Assembly: GCA_965644495.1 (NCBI GenBank)
Contig: CBFFSA010000007.1
Span: forward strand, 62,001-126,000
Source of the DNA: Perkinsela sp. CCAP 1560/9
Taxonomy: Eukaryota; Protista; Euglenozoa: Kinetoplastea
Reading direction: 5' to 3'
Length of the DNA: 64,000 nucleotides
Each line of letters starts with the position of its first letter. Position 1 is the first letter of the stretch. The position numbers and the translations under genes were made by a program. Shown in pieces: positions 21,978 through 32,810 of this stretch. The notes under the pieces were generated by a model, which saw only the letters and a list, made by a program, of their open reading frames with translations, searched no databases and was not told the origin of the DNA.

Positions 21978-22775
21978 ATGGGCTACAAAAGCAACAATGA
22001 AAAAACAAAGAACGGTCTACTGCCAAAGCAAATATACGATTTGTATCCTGTGTTTCATCCTATTATAGTGGAAGCCGCAAGCCTGATGAAATTTTCTTGG
22101 CATTGGCTATGTGAGAGAGTTGCCCCCCTGCCTCCCATTCAGCAGCACCACCAAGAAATCGCGCCGCTTCTTTTTGAACCCTTTGCCGCAGTAGTGATAC
22201 ATTTCAAGAGGGAGAAATGTGGACAACAAGTTACAGCCGAATTCTTGGCGCATATTCCGTTTGAAATCTTACTTCCTCACCGAGGACTTTTGATAGTTCC
22301 TTGTGTTAGAAATTCTTTGCATGAATTTATTCTATTTTTTACAGGACGTGGATTTGAATATGTGGAATACGTTTCTGTAGTTTGTCATACTACTCAAAAC
22401 ACTGAAGCTGCCGCGCAGGCAGAACCTCCTAGTAATAAAGAGGAGGCTTCCGATTCCCCACAAAATTCTTTGTCAAGGGATACCACATGTATTTACGTTT
22501 TCTTCAAGAAATCCGTACCCTCACTAGCACTCCGGCAACAATGTCACTCAGATGTGCTAATTTATTCACCCAGAGAATACTCACATGTTGCGGACAGAAA
22601 ATGTGAAGACATACAAAGAAAGACAAGTCTTGACCGATGTGGGGGAGTGACATCTGCTTTGTGCGGAATAATAGAAGATTTGCTTCCCGTGGGACGGCTT
22701 TTGGAAATAACATGTGGAGTGCCAACCGTGAAAAATCGATGGGTCTCTCTATTAAGTCACTATCACGAGGACTAA
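21978..22775 (+). CDS. divergent MT-A70-like (METTL3/14, MTA9-related) protein lacking DPPW
   Basis: Motif order matches the MT-A70 fold: LAHIPFEILLPHRGLLIV...GFEYVEYVSVV...IYVFFKK...LRQQCHSDVLI...IIEDLLPVGRLLEI...RWVSL. No DPPW tetrad is visible. Confidence 0.55.
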   Translation: MGYKSNNEKTKNGLLPKQIYDLYPVFHPIIVEAASLMKFSWHWLCERVAPLPPIQQHHQEIAPLLFEPFAAVVIHFKREKCGQQVTAEFLAHIPFEILLPHRGLLIVPCVRNSLHEFILFFTGRGFEYVEYVSVVCHTTQNTEAAAQAEPPSNKEEASDSPQNSLSRDTTCIYVFFKKSVPSLALRQQCHSDVLIYSPREYSHVADRKCEDIQRKTSLDRCGGVTSALCGIIEDLLPVGRLLEITCGVPTVKNRWVSLLSHYHED

Positions 22776-22944
22776 ACCAAGATTCAGTTCTTGTTCCCAG
22801 AATTAACGTTCTTTTGCTTACCTTGTCTAGTATGTGGACGGTATTTTTTGAAGTATTCAATAGTTCTGTTTCCTTTAATAGCCATTTGTTTCGTTTAAAT
22901 TTTAGACCATGAGTCGCATTGGTAAATCACATTAAATTTGGAGA

Positions 22945-25029
22945 ATGGATCGCACTGTAAGATCACTGCTCGCGTGCAGCCAGAAGCTAAAACAATACTC
23001 AATGAACTATTCCAAGTGGAGAGGCCCTATGCAATTTGAGACGAAGGCGGGAAGGTCCAGTGACATTTCTTCCAGCGTCGTGCCCCCACCAAAGGTAGAT
23101 AAAAAACTTACTTCCACGAGAGACAATCCGGGCATTGGACAAGTGTATGTCGTAGAAAAACAAGGTGCGACCGTTATACTCGGAGATCGGCTTTTTTCAG
23201 GACCGAGTGATACAGTGGAGCCGAACCCATCCGATGCTCAGAGAATAGCTCCTTCCGATCAATCGTCTCGTTCGTCGACGCGGGTGTTAGACCAAACTCC
23301 AATATTTGTGAGAGATGCGAATGGGCTGCAGATAACAAGTCCTCCTGTGATTGACAGTATCGATTCGGACCTACTTGGACATATTGACACAGACCTCGCG
23401 GAGAGAGTGCGAAAATATTTGAGGCGCCATAAAATTTGGGAACTTTCTCCCGTACAGAAACATGCGCTTCCGGTTTTATTGCATCTACGAGAGGGACTTG
23501 TAGTTACTTCACCCACAGCCTCCGGGAAAACGTTTATGTACTGTCTCGCAGCCGTGGTCTATGTTGGTCAAAGCAGCCGGTTTCAACGCCGCATGAGTGA
23601 TATGCACAACAAAACAGAAAAGAGTCAGCGAAAAGTGCCTGAGTGCTCCGACACAACTTGCTCCTACTGCGGTCTTAACATGGCTGTTGTGCGTATATGT
23701 CCTGAAAAGGGAGTTATGCACCCGGAGACGGATGAGGAGGGATTCCGATGTCTGCCCCCTGATGACTACGCACGGACATCTGAACCCCAAGTTATGATCC
23801 TCGTCCCCAGTCGGGAACTTGTCAAGCAGGTACGTGATATACTCGAACCCATGACGCAGGGTCTCATGAAGGTACTCTGGCTTACTGGAAACAGTACGCC
23901 GGAAGAGAGAGCGTTGCAGCAAAAAAGAGCAGGTGGCGAGTGCGAGATAGTCGTGGGCACACCCACTCGACTTTATCGCGCATGGAAGAAAAATGACATA
24001 AAGCTGAACAGCGTGTCACTCTATTTGCTTGACGAAGCCGATTTGCTGACGGAAATGACCTACATGGATGCGGTGAGACCATTCTTGAATCGTGCCGAAG
24101 CCACCCGAGCTTTGATGGGATTTATAACCGCTACGCTACCTAGGCCTTCACATGAGATTATGAAATCCTTTTTTAAGCAAGCGCAATCGCCCCACGTGGA
24201 GATATGCTCCGAGGGAATACTTGAGGGAAGACGTGATTACGCAAATCCGACGGCAGCAAATGCGGAGTTTCACGTCTATCTGATGAGTGAGACAGAAAAG
24301 ACAAACTATGTTTTACACGTGTTACAGCTCGCTACAGTAACCAGTCAATCACGCGTGATCATATTTTGTAATACGGCACGCACTTCTGCTTTTCTAACCG
24401 CTGAACTGTTCTCTATGTTGCAAAACAAAAATATTCGACTTTACGGCACACATGGCAGAAAATCGAACGAAATGCGAGACCGTGCGCTGCATCAATTTCA
24501 AGGCGCTCAAGGGTCGAGCATATTGGTCACGACAAACCTATCGAGTAGAGGCATTGACTTTTTAAACGTAGATCACGTGATATTGTTTGACCTTCCTGCA
24601 TCGATCCACGAGTTTATCCATCGCTCCGGAAGAGCGGGCCGTGGTATGATAAGGGGTCACGTTCACTGCTTTTTCGTCCCGGAGGATAGACAGCTGGCTC
24701 GTCCATTGGTTCATTACCTAAAACAGTACTCTAGTAGTTCCACGATACCCTTGCGTCTGCAGGAATATGCCAATGAAACAGATGAAGAAATGTGGAAGAG
24801 AATGTTTACTACCAAAGCTCCAGGTGGACGCGCACTAAAAGACCGAAAGAGGTTTGAAACCTTTCGCAAACCGGAATATCGAAAGAATTCTAGTAAGTAT
24901 CCGAGCCCCAAGCCACATGGGTTGAAAAATCAACCCAACCCACGGCTATTTGATTTAGAGCACGGAGGAAGAGATCTTTCACGTACTCACCCGCTGCGAT
25001 TGCGGAAGACGCGTTTTCCAAGACTTTGA
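22945..25029 (+). CDS. DEAD-box RNA helicase with Cys/His insert, probably mitochondrial
   Basis: Q motif SPVQ, PTASGKT, PSREL, GTPTRL, DEAD, TAT, SRGID, HRSGRAGR. Insert CSYC...C...H lies between motifs I and Ia. Confidence 0.9.
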   Translation: MDRTVRSLLACSQKLKQYSMNYSKWRGPMQFETKAGRSSDISSSVVPPPKVDKKLTSTRDNPGIGQVYVVEKQGATVILGDRLFSGPSDTVEPNPSDAQRIAPSDQSSRSSTRVLDQTPIFVRDANGLQITSPPVIDSIDSDLLGHIDTDLAERVRKYLRRHKIWELSPVQKHALPVLLHLREGLVVTSPTASGKTFMYCLAAVVYVGQSSRFQRRMSDMHNKTEKSQRKVPECSDTTCSYCGLNMAVVRICPEKGVMHPETDEEGFRCLPPDDYARTSEPQVMILVPSRELVKQVRDILEPMTQGLMKVLWLTGNSTPEERALQQKRAGGECEIVVGTPTRLYRAWKKNDIKLNSVSLYLLDEADLLTEMTYMDAVRPFLNRAEATRALMGFITATLPRPSHEIMKSFFKQAQSPHVEICSEGILEGRRDYANPTAANAEFHVYLMSETEKTNYVLHVLQLATVTSQSRVIIFCNTARTSAFLTAELFSMLQNKNIRLYGTHGRKSNEMRDRALHQFQGAQGSSILVTTNLSSRGIDFLNVDHVILFDLPASIHEFIHRSGRAGRGMIRGHVHCFFVPEDRQLARPLVHYLKQYSSSSTIPLRLQEYANETDEEMWKRMFTTKAPGGRALKDRKRFETFRKPEYRKNSSKYPSPKPHGLKNQPNPRLFDLEHGGRDLSRTHPLRLRKTRFPRL

Positions 25030-25391
25030 TACCATCACGATTGTTCAGCATTGGAGATTAAAGTACCCCGCAATTTAGTGAGAGTTGTCATTGCATATCT
25101 TCTCATCATAGACAACATTAGAGAGGACAAAAAACAACCTTTCGAAATGTTTATCTTTGCATCAGCAAATAGTCCAACGACACAGCGGAATCTTCCACTT
25201 ACCTCACGACTTTCCACTTATCAAAAATATCTTTATCCTGGCGGATAAGTACGTAGATACCCTTATCAAAGAGCGACGTCTTGTAATTCTTCTTTAACTT
25301 TAACTTTATCTTCACATACATGCAGTATTGCATGTATTTTTACCATTGTTTACCACGTTTTTAGTTCTTTCCTGGCTTCATTACACACACT

Positions 25392-28300
25392 ATGAATGCT
25401 CTTCTGCAAGACATCGAATGTTTCGTCACTGCTAATACAGGGGAAGGTGCAACTTGTTCTCTTCACGACGTTCGCCTCAGCTTTACAAACGCTTCTAGAC
25501 GAAGCATAGGAAAAACAAGAATTCCTTACAGGAGTGAACCGGATTTTCAAGTTCTTATTGCTGGATCCCTTATTGTGGACGAATACACCTGGCCTTGGGT
25601 GCGCAAAGAAATTTTGAACAATCCAAACCTAGTGGTTGCTATAAAACGCCCACAGGAGACATTGCCATACGTCGTAAATGGTCGCTCCGCATCAAGTTCT
25701 ACAGAATCGATAAGCGCATTCGACGACGAGGTAATCGACTTATTTCCCGGAGAGCACTTGCTCTCCAAATTGCTTCTGTACTGGACAGCTGAGGAAGCAA
25801 AGTACGATGAGATAATGAAGGTTGCGCATCACATTTATGTATCAGGAAGGGTAGGGATTAGTTCGCACGATCTTGGGACGAACTTAAATATCTCAATAGT
25901 TAGTGTCATTAGCATAATCTCACGCGGTCTTGAGCCATTTGGGCTTGTTTCGGCTTATAGTCTTCGAGGCAATAAAATATGGGTTCATGTAAGGTGGATC
26001 TATCCGGAGGGAAAGATGACGATTTTTGTTGCATCGCCTGAAAACTGGATTTCTCCTTCCGCATCACAGCCGAAAAAACAGAAGCGTGTCAAAATGAAAT
26101 CCACTACAACAGATACATCGGTCTTACACCAGAATACTCCCAACGATTTGTCTACCTCTATGTTCATTCAAATTTTCAGAAATGCATACGTTCCGATACA
26201 ATATTTCTCCTTGACGCACTGTATCAAGCCGGCGATACTCCAGACCTTAAATATTCATATGTGGAACTCAGAACTTAATGTGTCTGAAACCGCATTACGT
26301 TTTCGATTTTTAGTAGAAAAGCACAGGCTTCGTCGCATAAAGGACGTCGAAGACTTATTCCAAAGCGAATCAACGAAGTTTGTGTACTGCAAGAGACCTG
26401 CAACAGGTTACAAGTTAGTGATCTCTACAAGATCAACGACTGACCGAAGTGCTCAAATAGGAGGTGTGATGCGCAACGTATGGGAAGTCGAACTGTACCC
26501 CTTACTCGTGACGCTTCGCTTGGTAGGAAAGGTGGTGGAAAGTGACGAAAGTTTGCAGATCATGCGAGGTAGGACGAAATCTTTGGTATTGGAGGGTGTT
26601 ACAAGCGCGGAAATGCATACCTCTATGGATGATTCAACATCCACCAGAAAGTTGCGACGCTACTTCCTGCTTGAAATTTTGGCCCGAGCGCCCCACGGTG
26701 CGCTAGAAAGATACTCTCTGTATCAGTCAGTAAAGAAAAATTGTGGAAATTTGGACAAGAAAACGTATAATAGAATGCTACAAACACTATTGCGTGAGAA
26801 AGTTTTAAAATCCACGACAGTTACCATACGAGGGGGTCCTATGCACTTAATATGCTATCCCGATCATGACGACAACGATATTATAGACGACCGCGCCGCA
26901 TACAATAAAATACTTCATCTTAACCTTGAAAACACACACAAGAGTCTGACAGTAAGCTTTGCGGGACAACCACCAATGAAAGAAAAAGGCCTGCAGTCAT
27001 GGAGACCACCTGACGAAAGACAAAAGCATAATGAAAAGTTACGAAAAGAGCGACAAAAAATTAAGTTACGAAAAGAGGCAGCGTCATTGTTTCTCTCATC
27101 GGAGAAGATAGCGGAAACATACTATGTTGTCAATGTCAATGGTTTCATAAATTCGAGTTACGGAAGAGCACGAGTACTACACTATTTTTTGGTTGATTTA
27201 ATTCTAAGAAAGATGCGCTTGCAATCGCTTGAGTACAACGGGCTACAAAATGTGCCGTCAATTGATACGGATAATTTATTAGAATTCTGTGGTACATTCG
27301 AGCTTTATCCAAGCGATATAGTAAAGGTCATGAGTATGGAAATTGTTTGTGCCATTTTTCGATTCCCGATAGATTTCAGTCTGTTTTTTCCGATCGAAGC
27401 TGAGACGCATTCTTCATGTCAAAGGTTCTTGCAAAGGTTTATTCTTCCTAAGGAGTGCAGACAGATCTCTGTAGGAAATTTAAGGCGTGCGTCCGGAAAA
27501 CGAGAAATACTACAAAAGGAAATCTTGAGACGACTCCCGACACTCTTTAATCGCCTTCAAAATCTTTGTCTTATAAATATCCACTCCTTTCGCCCGCAGA
27601 GCGGAGCTTTTTTAGGCCATAACTCGTCTATAGGAAAAATTGGTGTTCTTTTTGAGGGATCCCTCTTAGGACAATTCCCGTTTGCAATTCCGCTACCTTT
27701 CGGACCTGAAGGTGAAATTGAAAGATCACGACGAATTGAGGACGCGTTACGAGATATTTGGTATAAATGCTGCGATCATGTCGTCAGGAATTCACCTTCC
27801 ATTGCTCGTCGACTGTTAGTTGACCATACGCAATTCATTACTTCATCTGAAAAGCAATATTTAGATGAACTTCCACTTGAACCGTACTATTTACCATGTT
27901 TTGATAATCTTTCTGTTCTCGAAGACAAATTTCAAGCCTACAGAAATTCCTTTACAAGATATTTCTTGCGACGCCGTGAGGAACACACACTCCGTGTATG
28001 TAAAGAAGGCAAGTTCACTAATTCCATAGCCCTCGATGAAGGATTCCCTCTCGAGAAAGAAGTTGTTCTCACTCCTTGGGATGAGAGCATCAATAGTAAT
28101 AAATTGTGTTTTCAAGCTGCGCAAAACGGAATCATTGCCTGGTGGAGAATTCGAAAAATGGAGAACATAGAGGGAACACAAGTGACAAAATCAATAAGTG
28201 TGAACAACCAAAATATTTCCCAGTTGGAAAGAGAATCCGACATTTCTGAGCGTAGAGGTACAGAAAAAGATCAATATGATCCATCCTATATGCCGGGACA

Positions 28301-30413
28301 TGGAGAGAAATGTCAAACTTTACGACGGCAGGCAAGAATTATAGAGATCGCTTCGAGACACTTGTCATTGGGTGGCCATTTGTATAAAAAATCTCTGATA
28401 TCCGCTCTCCATGAAGATCATAGAATACACTTGCCAAAGATTGCTTCCCGCCAAGACATACGATATCCTATCTCTGATAAAATAGATCTTCGGATAGAAG
28501 AGATTCTTACCTTTTTGCTAGGAATACGTCGTTGGATGACCTGTTTCATGAAAACGTTTTGCGTGACTTGCTCCGAACGAATCGTTTCTCGACTAATCGA
28601 TCGAGTCTTACGGCCTGTTTTGAGTAGCCGAACAACGGAAATTGAGCATCGATGCTCGGCACAGATACTAGAAGGAGATTACTTGTGCCCTGGTCATCAT
28701 GGTTGCGAAACGACTGTTAAAGTTTTATCACTTTTCATGGAAGGAAATGACTGGTTGCTCGATTTCTACACAGAACGAGAGAAGGAATACAGGCTCATCC
28801 ATTGGTGCCTTAAAAACCGCGGCCTAGCGACACCCATCCGAGTTTGTCACATGACCAGAAATGCACCTTACGGAGGACTCGTCTCTTGTCTCCCTACTGC
28901 GTACGACGCACAATATGATGTTACCGACCAGGGCGCTCGTTCGAATAGTTTAGTAACATTCCCGAGTGGTGGCGAAGAAAACAGATTGGGGTCGATGCCT
29001 CAGCGCTGGTGGCAAGTTACCAGAAATGTCACTAGTACTTTGTTTCGGATAGCGATTCATACACCAGAGAGCGATCGCACGAAATCTGTCCTCAATGAAG
29101 CTCTTTTGACTCAATCTAGTGAGCAGCTCACCCGCGCACGTGATCTGATCGTGCAGTGCTCATTCGGAGTAGCTGGCCATACAGTAACACAGGTCGAGGA
29201 CTTATCTTGTTACGAAATTTTGTCCTTAACGCCTGAGAATTCAAAGCTGTTTGGTCCTATGGCCCTTTTGCACTTCAAAAATGGCCTGCGTTACGGGTCC
29301 GCGGTAGTAAAATCTGTTTCAGATCAAAGGAGCAACCCTTCGCACTATGACACACGCAAAATCATGACGTCAAACATTGAGTCTAGTAACGTAGAGAATG
29401 GAAGGGAGACAAGTTTGGTAGACGAATGTGCAGTCAAACACGACCTTCCTTGCGTTACCCTTTTAATAGGGAACGCAAGTAGCGTTGACGTGAGCCTTGC
29501 TGTCGAAAGCGAAGCGTCATGCTCCACACAGACCACGGACTCCAACATGGATGATACAAACTGCGCCATGCCTCTGCAAGGTACAATTTTTATCGCACGT
29601 GACACAATTCTTAGAAAATCCACAGAAACAGAAGCCAATGTGATACTTCCTTGGGAAGATGCAGTACTTGACGAACTAAAATCCAGTTCTGATAAGCAGA
29701 GCGAAGACTCATTGACGATTTTAATGGACAGCAGATCGAACCACTGGATACTTCATCTGGCGGAATGTACAGTTGGTATTACGTGGCATGAAATTGTAAT
29801 GCGTTGGAATATGGAAAATGACATCACGACTCTGTGGGACAGGATAAGGAATGTAAATAGCACATGGTACAATAGTCTTTCAGAAAGTAAATGTGTCGAG
29901 CATAATCGAGCTCTTCGTGATTTTCAAACGAGTGTCACAGGATCTGCTGCCGTTTCACAACTTTTAAGGGATCCACGATTTCGAATTGATTGGCCCAGTA
30001 ATGCGTTAGTGTTAGCACCAGAAAATACGACACCAATGTGTTCACTGCCCAGTAATCTGTCCATCTTTCATTCCTTGAAAACAGGATTTCCGACCAATTC
30101 TGTTTTTCAGGAGAAAATGAGACGTGAAATAATTGACCATTTACTGTTTTATCCTTGTGCCGAGGAAGCGGAAATCTGGAAAGCAACATTATTAGACAAG
30201 ATATTAACCCCATCAGAATTTAGCTTCGTGTTAGACACAATGGTAGATGAAGAAATAGTGATTCCACAGTATGCTCGAACACGTAAAGCAGTGTATAACC
30301 AGCGTTTTATCTCAAACAATGACAGTACGCGACATCACGATGAAAGAACTACATGGATTCGGGGTTTTATGATAAAAACTTCGATGAGTCAAGCACCGGA
30401 CTTGACCTATTGA
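25392..30413 (+). CDS. large protein resembling TFIIIC B-block-binding subunit (tau138/Tfc3/GTF3C1)
   Basis: 1673-aa ORF. Winged-helix-like LDKKTYNRMLQTLLREKVL and NGFINSSYGRARVLHYFL recall conserved tau138-family blocks. N-terminal SGRVGISSHDLG winged-helix-like segment. Confidence 0.6.
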   Translation: MNALLQDIECFVTANTGEGATCSLHDVRLSFTNASRRSIGKTRIPYRSEPDFQVLIAGSLIVDEYTWPWVRKEILNNPNLVVAIKRPQETLPYVVNGRSASSSTESISAFDDEVIDLFPGEHLLSKLLLYWTAEEAKYDEIMKVAHHIYVSGRVGISSHDLGTNLNISIVSVISIISRGLEPFGLVSAYSLRGNKIWVHVRWIYPEGKMTIFVASPENWISPSASQPKKQKRVKMKSTTTDTSVLHQNTPNDLSTSMFIQIFRNAYVPIQYFSLTHCIKPAILQTLNIHMWNSELNVSETALRFRFLVEKHRLRRIKDVEDLFQSESTKFVYCKRPATGYKLVISTRSTTDRSAQIGGVMRNVWEVELYPLLVTLRLVGKVVESDESLQIMRGRTKSLVLEGVTSAEMHTSMDDSTSTRKLRRYFLLEILARAPHGALERYSLYQSVKKNCGNLDKKTYNRMLQTLLREKVLKSTTVTIRGGPMHLICYPDHDDNDIIDDRAAYNKILHLNLENTHKSLTVSFAGQPPMKEKGLQSWRPPDERQKHNEKLRKERQKIKLRKEAASLFLSSEKIAETYYVVNVNGFINSSYGRARVLHYFLVDLILRKMRLQSLEYNGLQNVPSIDTDNLLEFCGTFELYPSDIVKVMSMEIVCAIFRFPIDFSLFFPIEAETHSSCQRFLQRFILPKECRQISVGNLRRASGKREILQKEILRRLPTLFNRLQNLCLINIHSFRPQSGAFLGHNSSIGKIGVLFEGSLLGQFPFAIPLPFGPEGEIERSRRIEDALRDIWYKCCDHVVRNSPSIARRLLVDHTQFITSSEKQYLDELPLEPYYLPCFDNLSVLEDKFQAYRNSFTRYFLRRREEHTLRVCKEGKFTNSIALDEGFPLEKEVVLTPWDESINSNKLCFQAAQNGIIAWWRIRKMENIEGTQVTKSISVNNQNISQLERESDISERRGTEKDQYDPSYMPGHGEKCQTLRRQARIIEIASRHLSLGGHLYKKSLISALHEDHRIHLPKIASRQDIRYPISDKIDLRIEEILTFLLGIRRWMTCFMKTFCVTCSERIVSRLIDRVLRPVLSSRTTEIEHRCSAQILEGDYLCPGHHGCETTVKVLSLFMEGNDWLLDFYTEREKEYRLIHWCLKNRGLATPIRVCHMTRNAPYGGLVSCLPTAYDAQYDVTDQGARSNSLVTFPSGGEENRLGSMPQRWWQVTRNVTSTLFRIAIHTPESDRTKSVLNEALLTQSSEQLTRARDLIVQCSFGVAGHTVTQVEDLSCYEILSLTPENSKLFGPMALLHFKNGLRYGSAVVKSVSDQRSNPSHYDTRKIMTSNIESSNVENGRETSLVDECAVKHDLPCVTLLIGNASSVDVSLAVESEASCSTQTTDSNMDDTNCAMPLQGTIFIARDTILRKSTETEANVILPWEDAVLDELKSSSDKQSEDSLTILMDSRSNHWILHLAECTVGITWHEIVMRWNMENDITTLWDRIRNVNSTWYNSLSESKCVEHNRALRDFQTSVTGSAAVSQLLRDPRFRIDWPSNALVLAPENTTPMCSLPSNLSIFHSLKTGFPTNSVFQEKMRREIIDHLLFYPCAEEAEIWKATLLDKILTPSEFSFVLDTMVDEEIVIPQYARTRKAVYNQRFISNNDSTRHHDERTTWIRGFMIKTSMSQAPDLTY

Positions 30414-30980
30414 ACGTTGTAATTGATGCGAAAGTTAAAGTCGTATAAAATTTTTGTACATTATTCTGTGTTCGGAATCTGTGCATAACTGGTCTCGTGT
30501 AAGCGTTTCTTTTTTTGGTCAGATTGAACGTATAATATGGGAGTATACAAGAAAATCATATAGAAGTGCACATTTTTTTTGAGCATGAAAAGTTTGCAGC
30601 TAGTTTTGAAAAAAAAACGCCAAGTAGAAATCGCCATTGGTTTCAATGAGATTGGGTCGGTTCGCCTCGGTTCGCTTCGTTTCGTCCAGGTGACGTATTT
30701 TTAAGTTTCACCCCTCTTAACCTCACTTAACCTCACTAAACGGAAGACGTGAGACAGTTCATTTCAAGACACCCACAACAAAACCCACCATCAAATGATT
30801 GACCATGATTTCACCCGTACCTGAGAACGTAAAAAGGACAAAGATAGTAGCAAAGATTCTAAACTAAACCCTGTTCCGGGTTATTGTGCCCCCCCTGCAC
30901 AATAACTGTCTCTAGGCACAATAACTGGCTCTAGGCACAATAACTAAATATTGGAAAACCAAAAAAAGGGTAAAAAAATT

Positions 30981-32810
30981 CAGGGTTCGCAGAAACTATA
31001 AAACTATCAATATAGTACTATTGGAAAGTCGCCGTTCTCAAATCCCCTTTTTACGGCGGACTTCCTAGGAACCATTCCTTTCGAGCACAAAGGTGAGGAC
31101 ATGCAGGGCAAAGCCAAAAACGCCCTCCAAGGACTCACTCAGGGTACGCCGGCCAAGGAGCTGAGACGCAGCTTCTGTGAGGCCGCCATCCAGAAGGCCC
31201 CCTCGGCCACGCATTTGGTCTGTATGAGACAGATTCAAAATATCCACTCTACCAAATGGATGAATGCGTGGCCGAACAGGCCGGAATACTACATGCGGGA
31301 CCCCGAGTGGGAAACAACGGCCCGCCTTCGGTACTTGGTCTCCCCGGCCTCCGAACCTGAACTACAGTGCGTGTGCGGCGCCACCCTCAGGAACGAGGAT
31401 TTTTGCGTCCACGCGCTGGACTGCAAGAAGGTCAGGGGCAAGACCCAAGCCTCCCGACATAAATTAGTTAAGGAAACCTTCCGAAACCTCCTAATCAACT
31501 ATGGTTTCTCCCCAGACCTGTGCGAACCCAGGTTCGACAACGGTCGAGGCCCTGACATATGCTTGGCCGGAAGACATCCAACTTGGCCGGAAGCTCGCCC
31601 TTGTGGACGTCACCGTGGTCAACCCACTGGCCCCATCCCTCTTATACACTGAGGATGGCGGAAGGCAACAAGCGCCGCGCCCATGACGAGATGGCGGCCG
31701 CCAGAGGGATGGATTTTTTCCCCCTGGCCTTCACCACCTATGGGGTGCCTGGCCCAGAGTCCCTCAATTTTCTCAATAGGGTGGCCAGAGCACACACGTC
31801 CGACAGGGCCGGATGTCTCTCTCACCTTCTGATGGCTATGGGAGTAGCCATCCAGAAGGGCAATGCCCAGATAGTGCAAGCGGCGGTACAGGATTGGTAC
31901 CGTCGCGGGGTGCGCTAACTGGGGTAGGAGCGGGGGGTGAAAATATAAATATAAATTCACTTATCATTTTATTTATGTACTATATAGTTACTATAAACTT
32001 TTTTCGAAAACTATAAAAAACTATATTTTTTTGTTTCACATTTTAAGCACTCCGAAGCTCACCAACACGCCATAAATACACGGCGAATTCATTTGTGTAC
32101 GATTTTTCTTATTTTAAAACCCGAAAATTGATGCCCGAAATTAAAGTTACGAGGGGTAGTTTCTGCAAAGATTATTTTAGTGAACTGCTGCACACGGAGG
32201 GAAGTAAACAAGCGGTTGAATGTAACTTGTGTCAGGAGGGGACGTACCCCAGTCCCATCGCGTGGCCTTGACAGATTGCCTTGTGCGAATCTTGCGTCCC
32301 GAACATCTTCTAACCGCATCGCTGTCGCCGCGCGTTGGCTGGAGCCACCGACGTTATGTCTTGGGACTGAATAACTGCTGCTCACAATTCTATGAGTTTG
32401 AATAAATACAATCATATGAGTCTGAATAAATTACGCGGTGTGTTGTCGAGTGGAGAGTTTGTACTTCCTATCGTCACTCCTTTCGCATGCGTTTCATTGC
32501 TATTTCCGAGGAGATGACACACTAGTTGATTCACTCCAGAATTTCTTGTCATATCATACGTATGTAAGCGTGTAAGAACGCATGTAGAGGCGTGTGTATG
32601 TCCTTCACAAGCGGAGAGGACTCAAAAAATATCACTAATAAAGTGAAAAAAACTTTATAGTTTTCTTATAGTTTTATAGTAAAATATAGTAAATATAGTA
32701 CTACATAGTACTATATAGTAACTATATTACTATTAACTATAGTACTATATAGTAACTATATTCAATGAAAAAAACTATATTTTACTATATTATAGTTTCT
32801 GCGAACCCTG
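30981..32810. mobile_element. TIR DNA element with 9-bp TSD (MULE-like by TSD length), middle layer of the nest
   Basis: 21-bp perfect TIR CAGGGTTCGCAGAAACTATAA at 30981 and its reverse complement ending at 32810. Flanking direct repeat AAAAAAATT at 30972-30980 and 32811-32819. ACTATA/TATAGT subterminal repeats. Confidence 0.85.
31021..31976 (+). mobile_element. 5'-truncated, frameshifted CRE/SLACS-like non-LTR retrotransposon (zinc knuckle plus restriction-like endonuclease)
   Basis: CVCG...HALDC knuckle, SRH, GPD, LVDVTV, FFPLAFTTYG and AIQKGNA spread over three frames. A local duplication of CTTGGCCGGAAG near 31562-31593 breaks the frame. Ends are approximate. Confidence 0.85.

Noticed and set aside
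25051-25248. Short ORF between the DEAD-box and tau138-like genes
   Set aside because: Non-ATG start, 65 aa and no motif; likely UTR or spacer.
32089-32415. Possible transposase remnant inside the middle TIR element
   Set aside because: No DDE, zinc-finger or other recognisable motif in the short ORFs, so it cannot be supported without a search.
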